Positions 1-9,920 of a stretch of DNA of 43,011 bases are shown here, piece after piece (the first letter of the stretch is position 1; each line of letters starts with the position of its first letter). The stretch is from IMG/VR virus record IMGVR_UViG_3300027711_000004, positions 1 through 43,011 of that record. One strand, given 5' to 3'. Position numbers and translations under genes: made by a program. The notes under the pieces are model-generated. The model ran no database searches and had not been told where the DNA came from. It saw only the letters and a program-made list of their open reading frames with translations. The stretch is from a virus (taxonomy: Duplodnaviria > Caudoviricetes).

Positions 1-252
1 TCTCTTTTGTGAGTGTGTTCTCCTTTTTAGAAGATTACGAGAAACTGTCTCAGCAGGACAATTTCGTAAAAAACTATCACGGGTATCACAACTATCACAA
101 ATCAACAGAAACACCGAAGGACGAAAGTTTTAGTGTGTCAGTTTATGTGTTAGTTTGACAGGTCGACCATTCACATGCTAAAATAGATATTCGATGTGGG
201 AAGCTCCCGAGAGTGTCCCTCTTTGACAATTTTTCGTACCCTTCTAAAAAGG
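1..252. repeat. Terminal direct repeat / circular assembly overlap (left copy)
   Basis: 1-252 matches 42760-43011 except AAA (124-126) vs GGG (42883-42885). Confidence 0.95.
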
Positions 253-260
253 GAAACAAC
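15..260. repeat. ~245-bp inverted-repeat-bounded element, copy A (putative replication origin)
   Basis: Imperfect IR arms (tgtgttctcctttttagaagattacgagaaactgtc ... ttgacaatttttcgtacccttctaaaaaggg); TATCAC at 9-bp period (72-98); homologous to 18195-18438; directly upstream of primase. Confidence 0.75.
155..184 (+). promoter_or_regulatory. sigma70-type promoter for primase operon
   Basis: TTGACA (155-160), 18-bp spacer, TG-n-TAAAAT (179-184). Confidence 0.6.
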
Positions 261-278
261 CAACAGAGAGTTATAGAT

Positions 279-1832
279 ATGACAAGCGAAGAAAATGTCC
301 GCAGGTTCGCCCACCTATTCAGGGGCAACAGCAGATCGTACGGCGCGTTTCATCCGAAAAGTGGGCGCATGGAAACACTACACAGAGAGGTCGGCTTCGA
401 TACGTACACCGACCATGTGAAAGGCAAAGTGGGGCTGGGCGTGGTCCCGATAACCGACGATTCAACTTGTTGGTTCGGTGCCATTGACATCGACGCGCAC
501 GGTGACCTGCCAGACATCGATCTGGCCGAGTTGGAGGCCCGAGTTCGCGAGCGCGACCTACCCCTGACGGTGTGCCGGTCTAAGTCGGGCGGCGCCCATT
601 TGTATGCCTTTGGCTCGGAGCCGCTACCGGCCAAGCTGCTGAGGGCTGCGCTAGCAAAATGGGCCGAGGAGATCGGACATCGTGGTGTTGAAGTGTTCCC
701 AAAGCAGGACAAATTGCCGGTTGACTCTGAGGGCAACCGCCAGCTTGGTAATTGGCTCAATTTGGCGTGGTTCGACGCGGACAACCCAGACTGTCTACGC
801 TACACGGTAGAGGGTGGGAAGCGCCGCTCTTTCGAGTATTTTCTCGACCTCGCGGAGTCCAGAAAGGTATCGGCAGCCCAGTTGGTGGAGAGAAGCTCGG
901 ACGAACACGCCGAGGCGCCTCCGTGTATACAGAAGATGATTAGCGAGGGGGTCGGCTCTGGCCACAGAAACGAAGCGCTATATAACATGGTGATATATCT
1001 GAAGCAGGCGTACCCAGAGACGTGGCGCGACAAGGCATTTGATCTTAATGCTAGGGTGTTTGATAAGCCTCTGGCGTTTGCTGAGGCCAAAAGGACTGTC
1101 GCCAGTGCTGGGCGTCGTGACTATCGGTACAAGTGTAAGGAGGAGCCGTGTCGCTCGCGCTGTCGCTCGGCCATATGTGTCACCCGCAAGTTTGGTATCA
1201 CCCCTGACGAAAAGGGCGAGTTGGAGATGGGCAAGCCGCCCGAGTTTGGTCCGCTTAAAAAGTACAACACCGAGCCGCCGCGCTGGATTCTGTACGTAGA
1301 CAAGACACCAGTGACCCTAACGACCTCGGAGCTGATGGATTTTAGGTACGTCCGAGTGGCGGTGGCGGATGGGGCATCGCGCCTAATCGCGCCGATGAAA
1401 AATGACCGGTGGCAAGGTATGCTGCATACACTGATGGAGGACGTCATTGAGATGGAGGCACCGCCCGAAGCTAGCGTTACCGGGTTCGTGCGGTCCAAGC
1501 TGGCAGGTTTCTTCCAGCGTACGGACTTATCCAGCGACGGATCTGACCCGCGAGACAGAGAGGGTCTATTGTTGGGTGCGCCAGTGGTGCAGCTCAATCA
1601 GACGACTGGCCAACGTTGTGTGTACTTCCGCGGCGCAGATTTTATTGACTATCTCAAGAAGAACCGCTCAGAGGAGCTTAAGGGACCCAACCTCTGGATG
1701 GCTCTGCGCAACACTGGGGTTGGTCATTGTCGTATGAGAGTGGGGCTGAACGTGATCCCAGTATGGTACACGCCGCTGGCCGACAACGATACCATTGAGT
1801 TATCACCGCCTGAGATGGAAACGGAGTTTTAG
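279..1832 (+). CDS. AEP-family primase-polymerase with PriCT-like domain
   Basis: FGAIDID and RSKSGGAHLY catalytic motifs; APPCI..GHRNEALY PriCT-like region with Cys cluster; ATG at 279 preferred over 213, which lies inside the repeat. Confidence 0.85.
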   Translation: MTSEENVRRFAHLFRGNSRSYGAFHPKSGRMETLHREVGFDTYTDHVKGKVGLGVVPITDDSTCWFGAIDIDAHGDLPDIDLAELEARVRERDLPLTVCRSKSGGAHLYAFGSEPLPAKLLRAALAKWAEEIGHRGVEVFPKQDKLPVDSEGNRQLGNWLNLAWFDADNPDCLRYTVEGGKRRSFEYFLDLAESRKVSAAQLVERSSDEHAEAPPCIQKMISEGVGSGHRNEALYNMVIYLKQAYPETWRDKAFDLNARVFDKPLAFAEAKRTVASAGRRDYRYKCKEEPCRSRCRSAICVTRKFGITPDEKGELEMGKPPEFGPLKKYNTEPPRWILYVDKTPVTLTTSELMDFRYVRVAVADGASRLIAPMKNDRWQGMLHTLMEDVIEMEAPPEASVTGFVRSKLAGFFQRTDLSSDGSDPRDREGLLLGAPVVQLNQTTGQRCVYFRGADFIDYLKKNRSEELKGPNLWMALRNTGVGHCRMRVGLNVIPVWYTPLADNDTIELSPPEMETEF

Positions 1833-1834
1833 AG

Positions 1835-3553
1835 ATGATCATAACATATAGCAATAAATCCAAGAAGTTCGTGATTGAGGCGAGTTTTGCTGAAAATGCC
1901 AGCATCGCCGATCTGCCCAATAAGAGGTTCCAGCGGCGCCTGGGTGTTTGGCACGTGCCGCCCCTATCACGTAACTCGGAGATCTTGCTCGACCGGTTCC
2001 GAGCCGACATGTCAGAGGAGGCCATTGAGGTCGCCGAGAGGTCGGTGTCCCGAGTTCGACCCAAGTACGAGAAGTTCCCAACGTGGTACACATTTAAGAC
2101 CGAGCCATTCAAGCACCAACGTGAGGGTCTTGATTTTATGTGGGGCCTTGAGCGGGGTGCCCTATTTATGGAAATGGGTACAGGCAAGTCCAAGGTGGCG
2201 ATCGACATCAACGCGGCTCGGTTCATGGCCGGCCAACATGACTCTTGGGTGGTGTTCTGCCCCAACTCGATCCGCGACAACTGGGTAGAGGAGTTGGTGG
2301 TTCACAACCCGCTACAGGATATCCCAGTCTTTGTGGTGGGGGACTTGACGCCGGCCAAGAGCAAGAGGTTAATAGCGGAGGCCGAGGCGGCCGAGCGTTT
2401 CGTGGCCATAGTGGGTCTGGAGTCACTTCAAGGCAAGTTTCGAGGCGGGACCGCCTATAACACGCTCATAAACATGATCGGGGGTCGCAAGTTCTCAGCC
2501 ACGGTCGACGAGTCGCATCTGGTCAAGAATCACGCGGCCAATAGGTCAAAAAATGTTGAGCATGTCTGCTCGGCAGCAGTGACGGCGTGCATCATGACGG
2601 GCAGCCCGACCAGTCAGGGCCTGCTAGACCTGTATATGCAGTTCCAAATATTGGATCCCAATATCATTGGTGTGGGCGACTTCTTCTCTTTTCGCAACCG
2701 ATATGTTGAGATGGGCGGGTACGAAGGTAGGGAAGTGGTGGGGTATCGCAACGTAGAGGAGCTGATGGGCTTGCTCAAGCCATTTGTGTTCCAGCGCACC
2801 AAGGAGGAAACCTTGGACTTGCCGGACAAGCTTTACGCCAAGCGGGTCGTCGAGATGACCAAAGAACAGGCTCGGGTGTACAAGGCTCTGGATAAGGAGA
2901 CAGAGGCCGCCATCTCGGATCTGGCTCGGGGCGGCGCGTCAGTGGCATTGGTCGTTGATCAGGTGCTGGCCAAGTACAACGCGTTGCAACAGATCACAGG
3001 CGGGTTCGCCAACTACGATGACTACAGTGAGGATGGGCTGGAGCGCATACGCCGGTCGGCGTGGGTCGTGGAACCCAAGGACAACCCGAAGATCAAAGAG
3101 TTGATAGCGATAGCCAGCGAGAACCCAGGAAAGCAAGTGATTGTGTGGGCCAAGTTCCGTAACGAAATTGCGCAGATCGTGGAGGCGCTAGAGGGTGTAT
3201 ATGGCCCTGGGTCAGTGGCCGAGTATCACGGCGGCATCACGACAGCCGACCGCCGCGCCAACATGGATCGGTTTAAAGCGGGCACGGCGCGGTTCTTTGT
3301 GGCCAACCAGCAGACAGGTGGGACTGGCCTGACGATTAACGAGGCGAGTTTGGTCGTGTACTTCTCAAATAGCCTCAAGCTGACTGACCGCTTGCAGTCG
3401 GAAGACCGCTGCCACCGCATCGGCCAGAAAAATGATGTGTTATACATTGACTTGGTTTGCCGTGGCACCAAAGACGTGGACGTCCTGACCGCGATCAAGG
3501 AAAAGAAAGGCGTCGCCGAGTACGTCAGGGATCAAATGAGGCGCGACGACTAG
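1835..3553 (+). CDS. SNF2-family (SF2) DNA helicase
   Basis: MEMGTGKS Walker A, VDESH, MTGSP, GGTGLTI, QSEDRCHRIGQ motif VI. Confidence 0.92.
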   Translation: MIITYSNKSKKFVIEASFAENASIADLPNKRFQRRLGVWHVPPLSRNSEILLDRFRADMSEEAIEVAERSVSRVRPKYEKFPTWYTFKTEPFKHQREGLDFMWGLERGALFMEMGTGKSKVAIDINAARFMAGQHDSWVVFCPNSIRDNWVEELVVHNPLQDIPVFVVGDLTPAKSKRLIAEAEAAERFVAIVGLESLQGKFRGGTAYNTLINMIGGRKFSATVDESHLVKNHAANRSKNVEHVCSAAVTACIMTGSPTSQGLLDLYMQFQILDPNIIGVGDFFSFRNRYVEMGGYEGREVVGYRNVEELMGLLKPFVFQRTKEETLDLPDKLYAKRVVEMTKEQARVYKALDKETEAAISDLARGGASVALVVDQVLAKYNALQQITGGFANYDDYSEDGLERIRRSAWVVEPKDNPKIKELIAIASENPGKQVIVWAKFRNEIAQIVEALEGVYGPGSVAEYHGGITTADRRANMDRFKAGTARFFVANQQTGGTGLTINEASLVVYFSNSLKLTDRLQSEDRCHRIGQKNDVLYIDLVCRGTKDVDVLTAIKEKKGVAEYVRDQMRRDD

Positions 3554-3612
3554 GGACAGCGCCGGCGCGACGACTAGGGACAGCGCCGGCGCGACGACTA
3601 GGGACAGCGCCG
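3541..3612. repeat. Tandem repeat, 24 bp x3
   Basis: gcgcgacgactagggacagcgccg repeated exactly three times across the helicase stop codon. Confidence 0.95.
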
Positions 3613-3653
3613 GTGCGTCGTTTATGGCAAAGGGCGCGCCGGCCGACGAAAGG

Positions 3654-3742
3654 TATTGACAGCAACCACGGGATATGTTACAATAAAAATGTTGGGGATC
3701 GAGCAACTCAACATCAACCAATAGAGAGAAGAGAGAGCCAAA
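3654..3742 (+). promoter_or_regulatory. Promoter-stem-loop-RBS cassette, copy 1
   Basis: TTGACA 3656-3661, 17 bp, TG-n-TACAAT 3679-3684; ATGTTGGG..CTCAACAT hairpin; caaccaatagagagaagagaga before ATG 3743. Confidence 0.9.
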
Positions 3743-3928
3743 ATGAACAAGCAAATCACGAAAGCCGCAAACGAGTTCCGCAAGTCCCAGAAGCGCGGAT
3801 ACAAGGGTACCTTAACCAACTGGTTGGTGATCATGTATCCGAGCATCGCGACAGCCGAGGTAGAGGAAGCAGTGGCTAAGAAAATCGCTGCTTATGGCGC
3901 CCAAGCAGCCGAATACGCAGCAAGATAA
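3743..3928 (+). CDS. Hypothetical small protein
   Basis: 61-aa ORF starting right after cassette 1. Confidence 0.75.
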   Translation: MNKQITKAANEFRKSQKRGYKGTLTNWLVIMYPSIATAEVEEAVAKKIAAYGAQAAEYAAR

Positions 3929-3951
3929 TCAGGTCAGGCACCGACGAAAGG

Positions 3952-4043
3952 TATTGACAGCAGCCATGGGATATGTTACAATAAAGATGTTGGGGGGATA
4001 AAACAACCCAACATCAACTTAATAGAGAGAAGAGAGAATTAAA
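3952..4043 (+). promoter_or_regulatory. Promoter-stem-loop-RBS cassette, copy 2
   Basis: TTGACA 3954-3959, 17 bp, TACAAT 3977-3982; GATGTTGGG..CCCAACATC hairpin; tagagagaagagaga RBS. Confidence 0.9.
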
Positions 4044-4604
4044 ATGAAAGCATTAATTAAGCGCGTTGCAAAAGGTGGTTATATTCAGGATTTGAGCGGC
4101 AACATCGGTATCATCACCGGCTCAGACGAGACACACGTTTTCTACATCGACGCAGCAGGCGAAGAGCAAGCAGTGGCCCGTGAAGGTGCCTACAAAGCGA
4201 CCCGTAAAGAGTACGAAGAAGCGGTAGAGCAGTTCGAAGAGACAGAAACCGCCGAAATCGTTGAGAACCTCGGCCTAAAGCAGGACGCGGAAGACGAAGA
4301 CGAAGATGGTGCGACCAAGACGATCATCAAGAAAGAATATTTGGAGATCTACGCCCCAGTGAAATCAGTCAACGGCCATTCGAGCCACATCTGCGGCGAC
4401 GACGTTTCAAGGATGTTGGTAGGCAAGACGGTCGAAGAAGTGGCCGAGATCGTTGAAGAGTACACGGGCTGGAGCGGCGCGGCGATGCTGGCGCAGTACG
4501 CCCACCTTAACCCGGGCCAGCAGCGTATGTGTATCGGTAATCGCTTCCGTACTTGGGTTAAGGCTCAAGCGGCGGCCGCGGAAGCGGAAGCACAGGGCGA
4601 GTAG
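4044..4604 (+). CDS. Hypothetical acidic phage protein
   Basis: 186-aa ORF after cassette 2; C-terminal CGD..HLNPGQQRM.IGN.FR block resembles a conserved phage DUF. Confidence 0.8.
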   Translation: MKALIKRVAKGGYIQDLSGNIGIITGSDETHVFYIDAAGEEQAVAREGAYKATRKEYEEAVEQFEETETAEIVENLGLKQDAEDEDEDGATKTIIKKEYLEIYAPVKSVNGHSSHICGDDVSRMLVGKTVEEVAEIVEEYTGWSGAAMLAQYAHLNPGQQRMCIGNRFRTWVKAQAAAAEAEAQGE

Positions 4605-4617
4605 CTCGGAGCGGGAC

Positions 4618-4646
4618 TTGTGCCACGCCCTAGGGTGTGGTATAAT
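4618..4646 (+). promoter_or_regulatory. sigma70-type promoter with palindromic spacer
   Basis: TTGTGC 4618-4623, 17 bp, TG-n-TATAAT 4641-4646; ccacgccctagggtgtgg (4623-4640) is a near-perfect palindrome. Confidence 0.7.
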
Positions 4647-4673
4647 GCCCCTATATAGAGATAAGAGGTGGCT

Positions 4674-5003
4674 ATGATAGACAAAACAGGAAAGGTGTGG
4701 GTAGTGCAAGAAAACCCGCGCATGGATTATTCGCCAGCTGAGGCTTTTGGTGAGGTCCGTTTCATGACAGCAGACGAATTCCGCCCGATGGCGGCGTCTT
4801 TAAAAAATGAAGACGTTAAGGCCGACGTTGAGCGGGGAGCTGCTGAGTTCGCAGCTGAGACAGACTGGCTGGTCCTGACAGGCAACCCCATCATGATCGG
4901 CTACGCGTTCCACTTAGTGTACAAAGAAAATAAACGTGTAAGGTTCCTGCAGTGGGATCGAATCCGCGGTGAATATCGCCCCTACACATTTGAAGCGGCG
5001 TGA
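4674..5003 (+). CDS. Hypothetical phage protein (replication cluster)
   Basis: ORF with gaggtg RBS before ATG 4674. Confidence 0.8.
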   Translation: MIDKTGKVWVVQENPRMDYSPAEAFGEVRFMTADEFRPMAASLKNEDVKADVERGAAEFAAETDWLVLTGNPIMIGYAFHLVYKENKRVRFLQWDRIRGEYRPYTFEAA

Positions 5004-5034
5004 TAAGACATACCAACAGAGAGGATAGTATAAC

Positions 5035-5523
5035 ATGAAGTACGATTTAGAAGAAATCCGCGCAACCTTAACGGGCGCGCAGGACGCGGTACACGGGCTG
5101 ACCGTTGAGGCTCTAATGGAAGACACCAAGGGGCTGATGGCAGTTGACTCGGTCCATTTGATGGCGGTCCTGCAGGAGCTTAACGAGATGGCCGACGGCG
5201 TCAAGAAGACGATTGGCAAGGCTTATGACCACACGCGGGTAGCGGTGGTTCCTGCCAAGATGGACGAAGAGGGTCTGGACAACATGACCGTGACAGGCGT
5301 TGGCCGTGTGTCAGTGACTTCGGACATCAGGGCCAGCACAGCAGACAAGCACGGTGCCTACCTGTGGTTAGAAGAGCACGGGCACGGCGACGTGATACAG
5401 GAAACCGTTAACGCGGGTACACTCAAGGCCATTCTGCGTCGACGTATGCGGGACGGTCTTGAAATACCGGAGAGCCTATTCAAGGTCACTCCATTTGATC
5501 GAGCCTCGATTACGAAGGCTTAA
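5035..5523 (+). CDS. Hypothetical phage protein (coiled-coil N-terminus, replication cluster)
   Basis: 162-aa ORF, gagga RBS; typical neighbour of phage SSB genes. Confidence 0.8.
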   Translation: MKYDLEEIRATLTGAQDAVHGLTVEALMEDTKGLMAVDSVHLMAVLQELNEMADGVKKTIGKAYDHTRVAVVPAKMDEEGLDNMTVTGVGRVSVTSDIRASTADKHGAYLWLEEHGHGDVIQETVNAGTLKAILRRRMRDGLEIPESLFKVTPFDRASITKA

Positions 5524-5563
5524 ATAAACCCCGGTACGCCGGGTGAATTAAAGGTATACAAAA

Positions 5564-6301
5564 ATGAGCAAGAAAAACGAAGTAACAAAAGCAGTAGAAG
5601 AACAGTTGCCGGCATTCCTGCAGGCGCATATCAATGATACACGTGGCTCGGAGGACGTCGGAACAGATGATATGATCATTCCGCGCATCGAGTTGGTCCA
5701 AGGTTTATCCAAGGCCCGCAAGCGCAACGACCCGTCGTATATCGAAGGATCAGAAGAGGGCCACTTGTACAACAACGTGACCCGCGAGCTTTATGGGCCA
5801 GCCATTACCGTCTGCCCAGTTTTATTCCGCAAGGAATGGCTGTTGTGGCGCGACCATGATTTGGGCGGTGGCTTCGGCGGTGCTTATCCAGATGCAGCGT
5901 CGGCCCAATTGGCTGTTAACGCTCAGGAGAAGCCGGACGAGTGGGAGGTGGTTGACACAAACCAACATTTTGTGTTGGTGATCAAAGAAGACGGCTCGAC
6001 CGAGGAGGCGGTGATCTCAATGGCCAAGACCAAGGCCAAGTGCAGCCGCCAGTGGAACAGCCTGATCCGCATCAACGGTGGTCCACGATTCTCGCGCTTG
6101 TACGAGCTGCGTGGCATTTCTGACAGCAACAGCGTCGGGCAGGAGTTCCATAACCTGCAGGTGAAAAATGTTGGGTTTGTGACCGAGGAGATCTTCAACA
6201 AGGCCGAGGAGGTCTACGAGATGATCAAGGCGGGTGCCGCCAGTGTTGACCGCTCATTTGACACCGACACCGGTGAGGTCTACGGCGAGGAAGAGATGTA
6301 G
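5564..6301 (+). CDS. Putative single-stranded DNA-binding/annealing protein
   Basis: DMIIPRIELVQGLS motif, acidic C-terminus (GEVYGEEEM), located among replication genes; function inferred. Confidence 0.6.
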   Translation: MSKKNEVTKAVEEQLPAFLQAHINDTRGSEDVGTDDMIIPRIELVQGLSKARKRNDPSYIEGSEEGHLYNNVTRELYGPAITVCPVLFRKEWLLWRDHDLGGGFGGAYPDAASAQLAVNAQEKPDEWEVVDTNQHFVLVIKEDGSTEEAVISMAKTKAKCSRQWNSLIRINGGPRFSRLYELRGISDSNSVGQEFHNLQVKNVGFVTEEIFNKAEEVYEMIKAGAASVDRSFDTDTGEVYGEEEM

Positions 6302-6362
6302 TACCCTGTTAGCGCGTAACAAGAGCCGGTCATTGTACCGGCTCTCTACTATTTGAGAGATT

Positions 6363-7844
6363 ATGATGACGATAAGCACGGTGATATATGGGCCGCCTGG
6401 ATGTGGCAAGTCCACTGAGATCATAAGACGCATGGATCAGGCTATATCTAGAGGTGTACCCATTGACAGGATCGGGCTGGTGTCTTTCACCAGAGCGGCC
6501 GCCCAAGAGTTGGCAAAGCGCGCAGGTGTTAGGCCGGGTCGCAACATATCTACTATCCACTCGTACGCGTTCCGTCTAGCGGGCATGGTCAAAGAGCAGG
6601 TCGTGGATCGGCTCAAGCTGCGGGAATTCTCGCGGGTGTCCAAAATCGAGACGACAGGCGCGGGTGTCTACGACCAAGAATCATTGGGACCGGGCGACTA
6701 CTATCTGGCTATGTACAGCTATATGAGGTCGGTGATGCTGACCGACACACGGGAGGCATTTTACGCTGGTGGCCGCGTGGGGTCGCTGGTCGAGTTCCAG
6801 TATTTCATCAAGGTGTACCAGCAGTGGAAGGAGGCCAACGGGTATATGGATTTCGCGGATATGTTGGACGCCGCTTTGAGGGCTGACCCTCGGGATGTAG
6901 GCATCGACCTATTATTCTTGGACGAGGCTCAGGACTTCTCTTTGATGCAATGGAACCTAATACACCACTGGATGCCACATATTGGCGAGGTGGTGTTGGC
7001 GCTGGACGACGACCAGACCCTGTACAAGTTTAATGGGGCATATCCAGACGGCGGCACCAAGTTCGAAGAGCGCTACGGCTCGGAGAGGATTGTGTTAACC
7101 CAGTCGCACCGGATACCTAGTGCCGTCCACAGGTTGGCGGAGACTTTAATCGGACACGTGACCGACCGAGTGGAGAAGGTTTACTTACCACGTAAGGAAG
7201 AGGGTCAGGTGCGAATGTATGGCGGGCTAGCAATGTTGCCGCCGGTCGACCCCGAGGAAGAGACTTTGATTCTATTCCGTAACCATTCTATGAGAGAGGA
7301 AATCGAAGAGTGGCTGATGGCGGGCGGCGTGCCCTACATTACTGACAATGGCCGCCCCGGTCCGCTGCAGGGGCGACAGGCGGCAGCAGTGAGGGCGTGG
7401 ACAGGTGCGCAGCGTGCTTTAAAGGCAACTGGGAATCTAATGATAGATCCGCGCCAGTGGTCCCATATGCGTCAGTGCGCCATGCCGATGTACCAGAGGC
7501 ATTTCAAGGCCGAGGAGGTCGAGAGCATCATAGACAAACCGTGGTGGAATGTGTTTTATTTGGCCCCTGACATACGGACATATTTGAGGGCGGTCGAGAA
7601 GGCTCACGGAGGCATTCCTCTTGGCACTAAAATACACCTATCGACCATACATGGCGCCAAGGGTCGGGAAGCGGACCGAGTGATCCTCCTGAACGGCATG
7701 TCGGACAGAACAGCCGAGGCATACACGCAGGATCCCGACACCGAGATCCGCACATTTTATGTGGGTGTGACGCGGACCAAAGAGAAACTAGACATAGTAG
7801 CTGCGGACAACCCGCTCAGTTTGATCAATGTAAGCGTCAGGTAG
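6363..7844 (+). CDS. UvrD/Rep-like SF1 DNA helicase
   Basis: GPPGCGKS, SFTRAAA, STIHS, LDEAQD, DDDQTLY, QSHR, STIHGAKGRE, FYVGVTR motifs. Confidence 0.92.
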   Translation: MMTISTVIYGPPGCGKSTEIIRRMDQAISRGVPIDRIGLVSFTRAAAQELAKRAGVRPGRNISTIHSYAFRLAGMVKEQVVDRLKLREFSRVSKIETTGAGVYDQESLGPGDYYLAMYSYMRSVMLTDTREAFYAGGRVGSLVEFQYFIKVYQQWKEANGYMDFADMLDAALRADPRDVGIDLLFLDEAQDFSLMQWNLIHHWMPHIGEVVLALDDDQTLYKFNGAYPDGGTKFEERYGSERIVLTQSHRIPSAVHRLAETLIGHVTDRVEKVYLPRKEEGQVRMYGGLAMLPPVDPEEETLILFRNHSMREEIEEWLMAGGVPYITDNGRPGPLQGRQAAAVRAWTGAQRALKATGNLMIDPRQWSHMRQCAMPMYQRHFKAEEVESIIDKPWWNVFYLAPDIRTYLRAVEKAHGGIPLGTKIHLSTIHGAKGREADRVILLNGMSDRTAEAYTQDPDTEIRTFYVGVTRTKEKLDIVAADNPLSLINVSVR

Positions 7845-7874
7845 TTGACGCACCATGGGGCGGTGTGCTACACT
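7845..7874 (+). promoter_or_regulatory. Putative promoter of DNA polymerase
   Basis: TTGACG 7845-7850, 18 bp containing ccatgggg, TG-n-TACACT 7869-7874; agaggagagaagag RBS follows. Confidence 0.55.
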
Positions 7875-7897
7875 GGCCCCTTTAGAGGAGAGAAGAG

Positions 7898-9805
7898 ATG
7901 ATAGAGACTTTGCAAGATTTCCCAGTGGTATCTATCGACACTGAGACCACTGGCCTAAGCTGGACGAGTGAAAAAGTGTTTGGTGTGTCCATCTCGGTGC
8001 CGTGGTGTACGTTGGACCAGCTCATAGCCGACCCAGTGAACGCGCCGATCAAGAACATTTACTTCGATACACGCCAAGACCCAGACAGATATGAAGCGTT
8101 TCGTCAAGTGGCGCCGTTGCTCGGGAAGATGTGCTTCCATAATGCCAAGTTTGACCTACATATGCTGATGAATGACGGCGTACTGCCCAACCCGCGTAAC
8201 GTCGAGTGCACAATGATCCGCGCCAGCCTGATCGACGAGCATCTGCCGAGTTATAGTCTAGACTCACTTGCTCACCAATATCTGGGGGTAGGCAAGGCCA
8301 CGGACATATATGACGAGTTGGCCGCGATCTTCGGCGGCCGCGCCACCAAGAATGTCCAGATGCCCAACTTGTACCGAGCGCCGGTTGAGCTGGTCAGGCG
8401 CTACGCTGAGACAGACACCGAGATCACGCTACGGCTTTGGGCGTGGCAACAGGGTGAGATAGAGCGGCAAGGGTTGGCGCAAGTGTGGGAGTTGGAAAAG
8501 CGCCTCTTCCCACACATTTTTAAGATGGAGCGCCACGGTATTAGGGTCGACCTTGATCTGGCCCAGCTGCAGGCCGAGCGACTGGAGGAGGCGGCGGATC
8601 GGGGCCTGCTGGAACTGGAGAAAATCGCTGGGTTCCGAGTTAACCCGAATCCGTCGAGCGACATGGTAAAACTGTTCAAACCCAAGTGGGACTCGGCCCG
8701 CAAGTGCTGGGTCGCCATTGACGGGACGGTTCTGGCAACTACACCGGCGGGTAAACCGTCCATGGACGCCGATGCGCTAAGGGCAATGAGCCACCCAGCC
8801 GCTGCAAAGATCCTAGAGGTGCGCAAGATGCTCAAAACGGCTGGGACCTTTATTAGGGGCCACATCATTGAACACGAGCACCGAGGTAGGGTGCACCCAA
8901 ACATCAACCAGACGCGAGGGGACGGCACTGGTGGTACCGGCACTGGGCGGTTGTCCTACACGAGACCGGCGCTACAGCAGATACCGAGCCGTGACCAGCA
9001 AGTTGCCAGACAGGTTCGGCCGATATTTTTGCCAGACGAGGGTTGTGGGTGGAGTTATGGAGACTTGGACCAGCACGAGCTGCGGGTGTTTCACCACTAT
9101 GTAAACAACCCAGGCGTGGTCAAGACGTACCGCGACGACCCGAACACGGACGGACACCAGATCGTAGCAGACATGACAGGATTACCGCGAAATCCACCGG
9201 CCACTGGTGGACCCAACGCGAAGCAGCTCGGGCTAGCTGCGGTATTTAACATGGGGCAGGGCGAGATGGCGAGCGAGATGGGCCTACCATATACTTGGGA
9301 GAGCTTCGAGGACAAGGCGGGGCGCGTGGTCGAGTATAAAAAACCTGGACCAGAGGCGCAGGAGGTCATTAACCATTTCTATGAGACAGTTCCAGGCATC
9401 AAGGAGTTGGCATCAAAAGCCACAGCCGTGGCGAGATCCCGAGGGTATGTGCGGACGATGTTGGGGCGGCACATCAGATTCCCGGGAGGCCAATTCACTT
9501 ACAAGGCGTCTGGGCTGGTGTACCAAGGATCAAGTGCTGATTTGGTTAAGCTGGACATCATCAACACGTGCGAGTATCTAGAATCTGAAGTGCCGGGCGG
9601 TGCCTTGCTGCTGTCGATTCATGACGAGCAGAACGTGAGCATACCGTGGAATGGTGATGCCGCTCGCCACATGGGTGAGATTCGCAACCTGATCCAAGAA
9701 AGGCCGGGCTGTCCGGTGAAGCTTAGAATACCGATACGGGCCGACTTCAGCGAGCTGGGCAAGAACTGGTGGGATGCAACCCAAAAGGGGTCGATCCACA
9801 AGTAG
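7898..9805 (+). CDS. dpoZ: Family A DNA polymerase with 3'-5' exonuclease, DpoZ-like
   Basis: Exo DTETTG / HNAKFD / YAETD; TGRLS, motif A DLDQHELR, motif B KQLGLAAVFNMG, motif C IHDE; non-canonical motif B and linkage to purZ. Confidence 0.88.
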   Translation: MIETLQDFPVVSIDTETTGLSWTSEKVFGVSISVPWCTLDQLIADPVNAPIKNIYFDTRQDPDRYEAFRQVAPLLGKMCFHNAKFDLHMLMNDGVLPNPRNVECTMIRASLIDEHLPSYSLDSLAHQYLGVGKATDIYDELAAIFGGRATKNVQMPNLYRAPVELVRRYAETDTEITLRLWAWQQGEIERQGLAQVWELEKRLFPHIFKMERHGIRVDLDLAQLQAERLEEAADRGLLELEKIAGFRVNPNPSSDMVKLFKPKWDSARKCWVAIDGTVLATTPAGKPSMDADALRAMSHPAAAKILEVRKMLKTAGTFIRGHIIEHEHRGRVHPNINQTRGDGTGGTGTGRLSYTRPALQQIPSRDQQVARQVRPIFLPDEGCGWSYGDLDQHELRVFHHYVNNPGVVKTYRDDPNTDGHQIVADMTGLPRNPPATGGPNAKQLGLAAVFNMGQGEMASEMGLPYTWESFEDKAGRVVEYKKPGPEAQEVINHFYETVPGIKELASKATAVARSRGYVRTMLGRHIRFPGGQFTYKASGLVYQGSSADLVKLDIINTCEYLESEVPGGALLLSIHDEQNVSIPWNGDAARHMGEIRNLIQERPGCPVKLRIPIRADFSELGKNWWDATQKGSIHK

Positions 9806-9829
9806 GTTGTAACTCAACCCTCATGGGAA

Positions 9830-9920
9830 TATTGACAGCAACCATGGGGTATGTTATAATAAAAATGTTGGGGAGATCAAACGATCCAACATCAACCAAT
9901 AGAGAAAAGAGAGAAACGAA
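9830..9920 (+). promoter_or_regulatory. Promoter-stem-loop-RBS cassette, copy 3
   Basis: TTGACA 9832-9837, 17 bp, TATAAT 9855-9860 (full consensus plus TG); ATGTTGG..CCAACAT hairpin. Confidence 0.92.

Noticed and set aside
72-98. DnaA boxes
   Set aside because: CTATCACA resembles but does not match TTATCCACA; treated as iterons.
3541-3612. CRISPR-like array
   Set aside because: The 24-bp units are contiguous with no spacers, and no cas genes are present.
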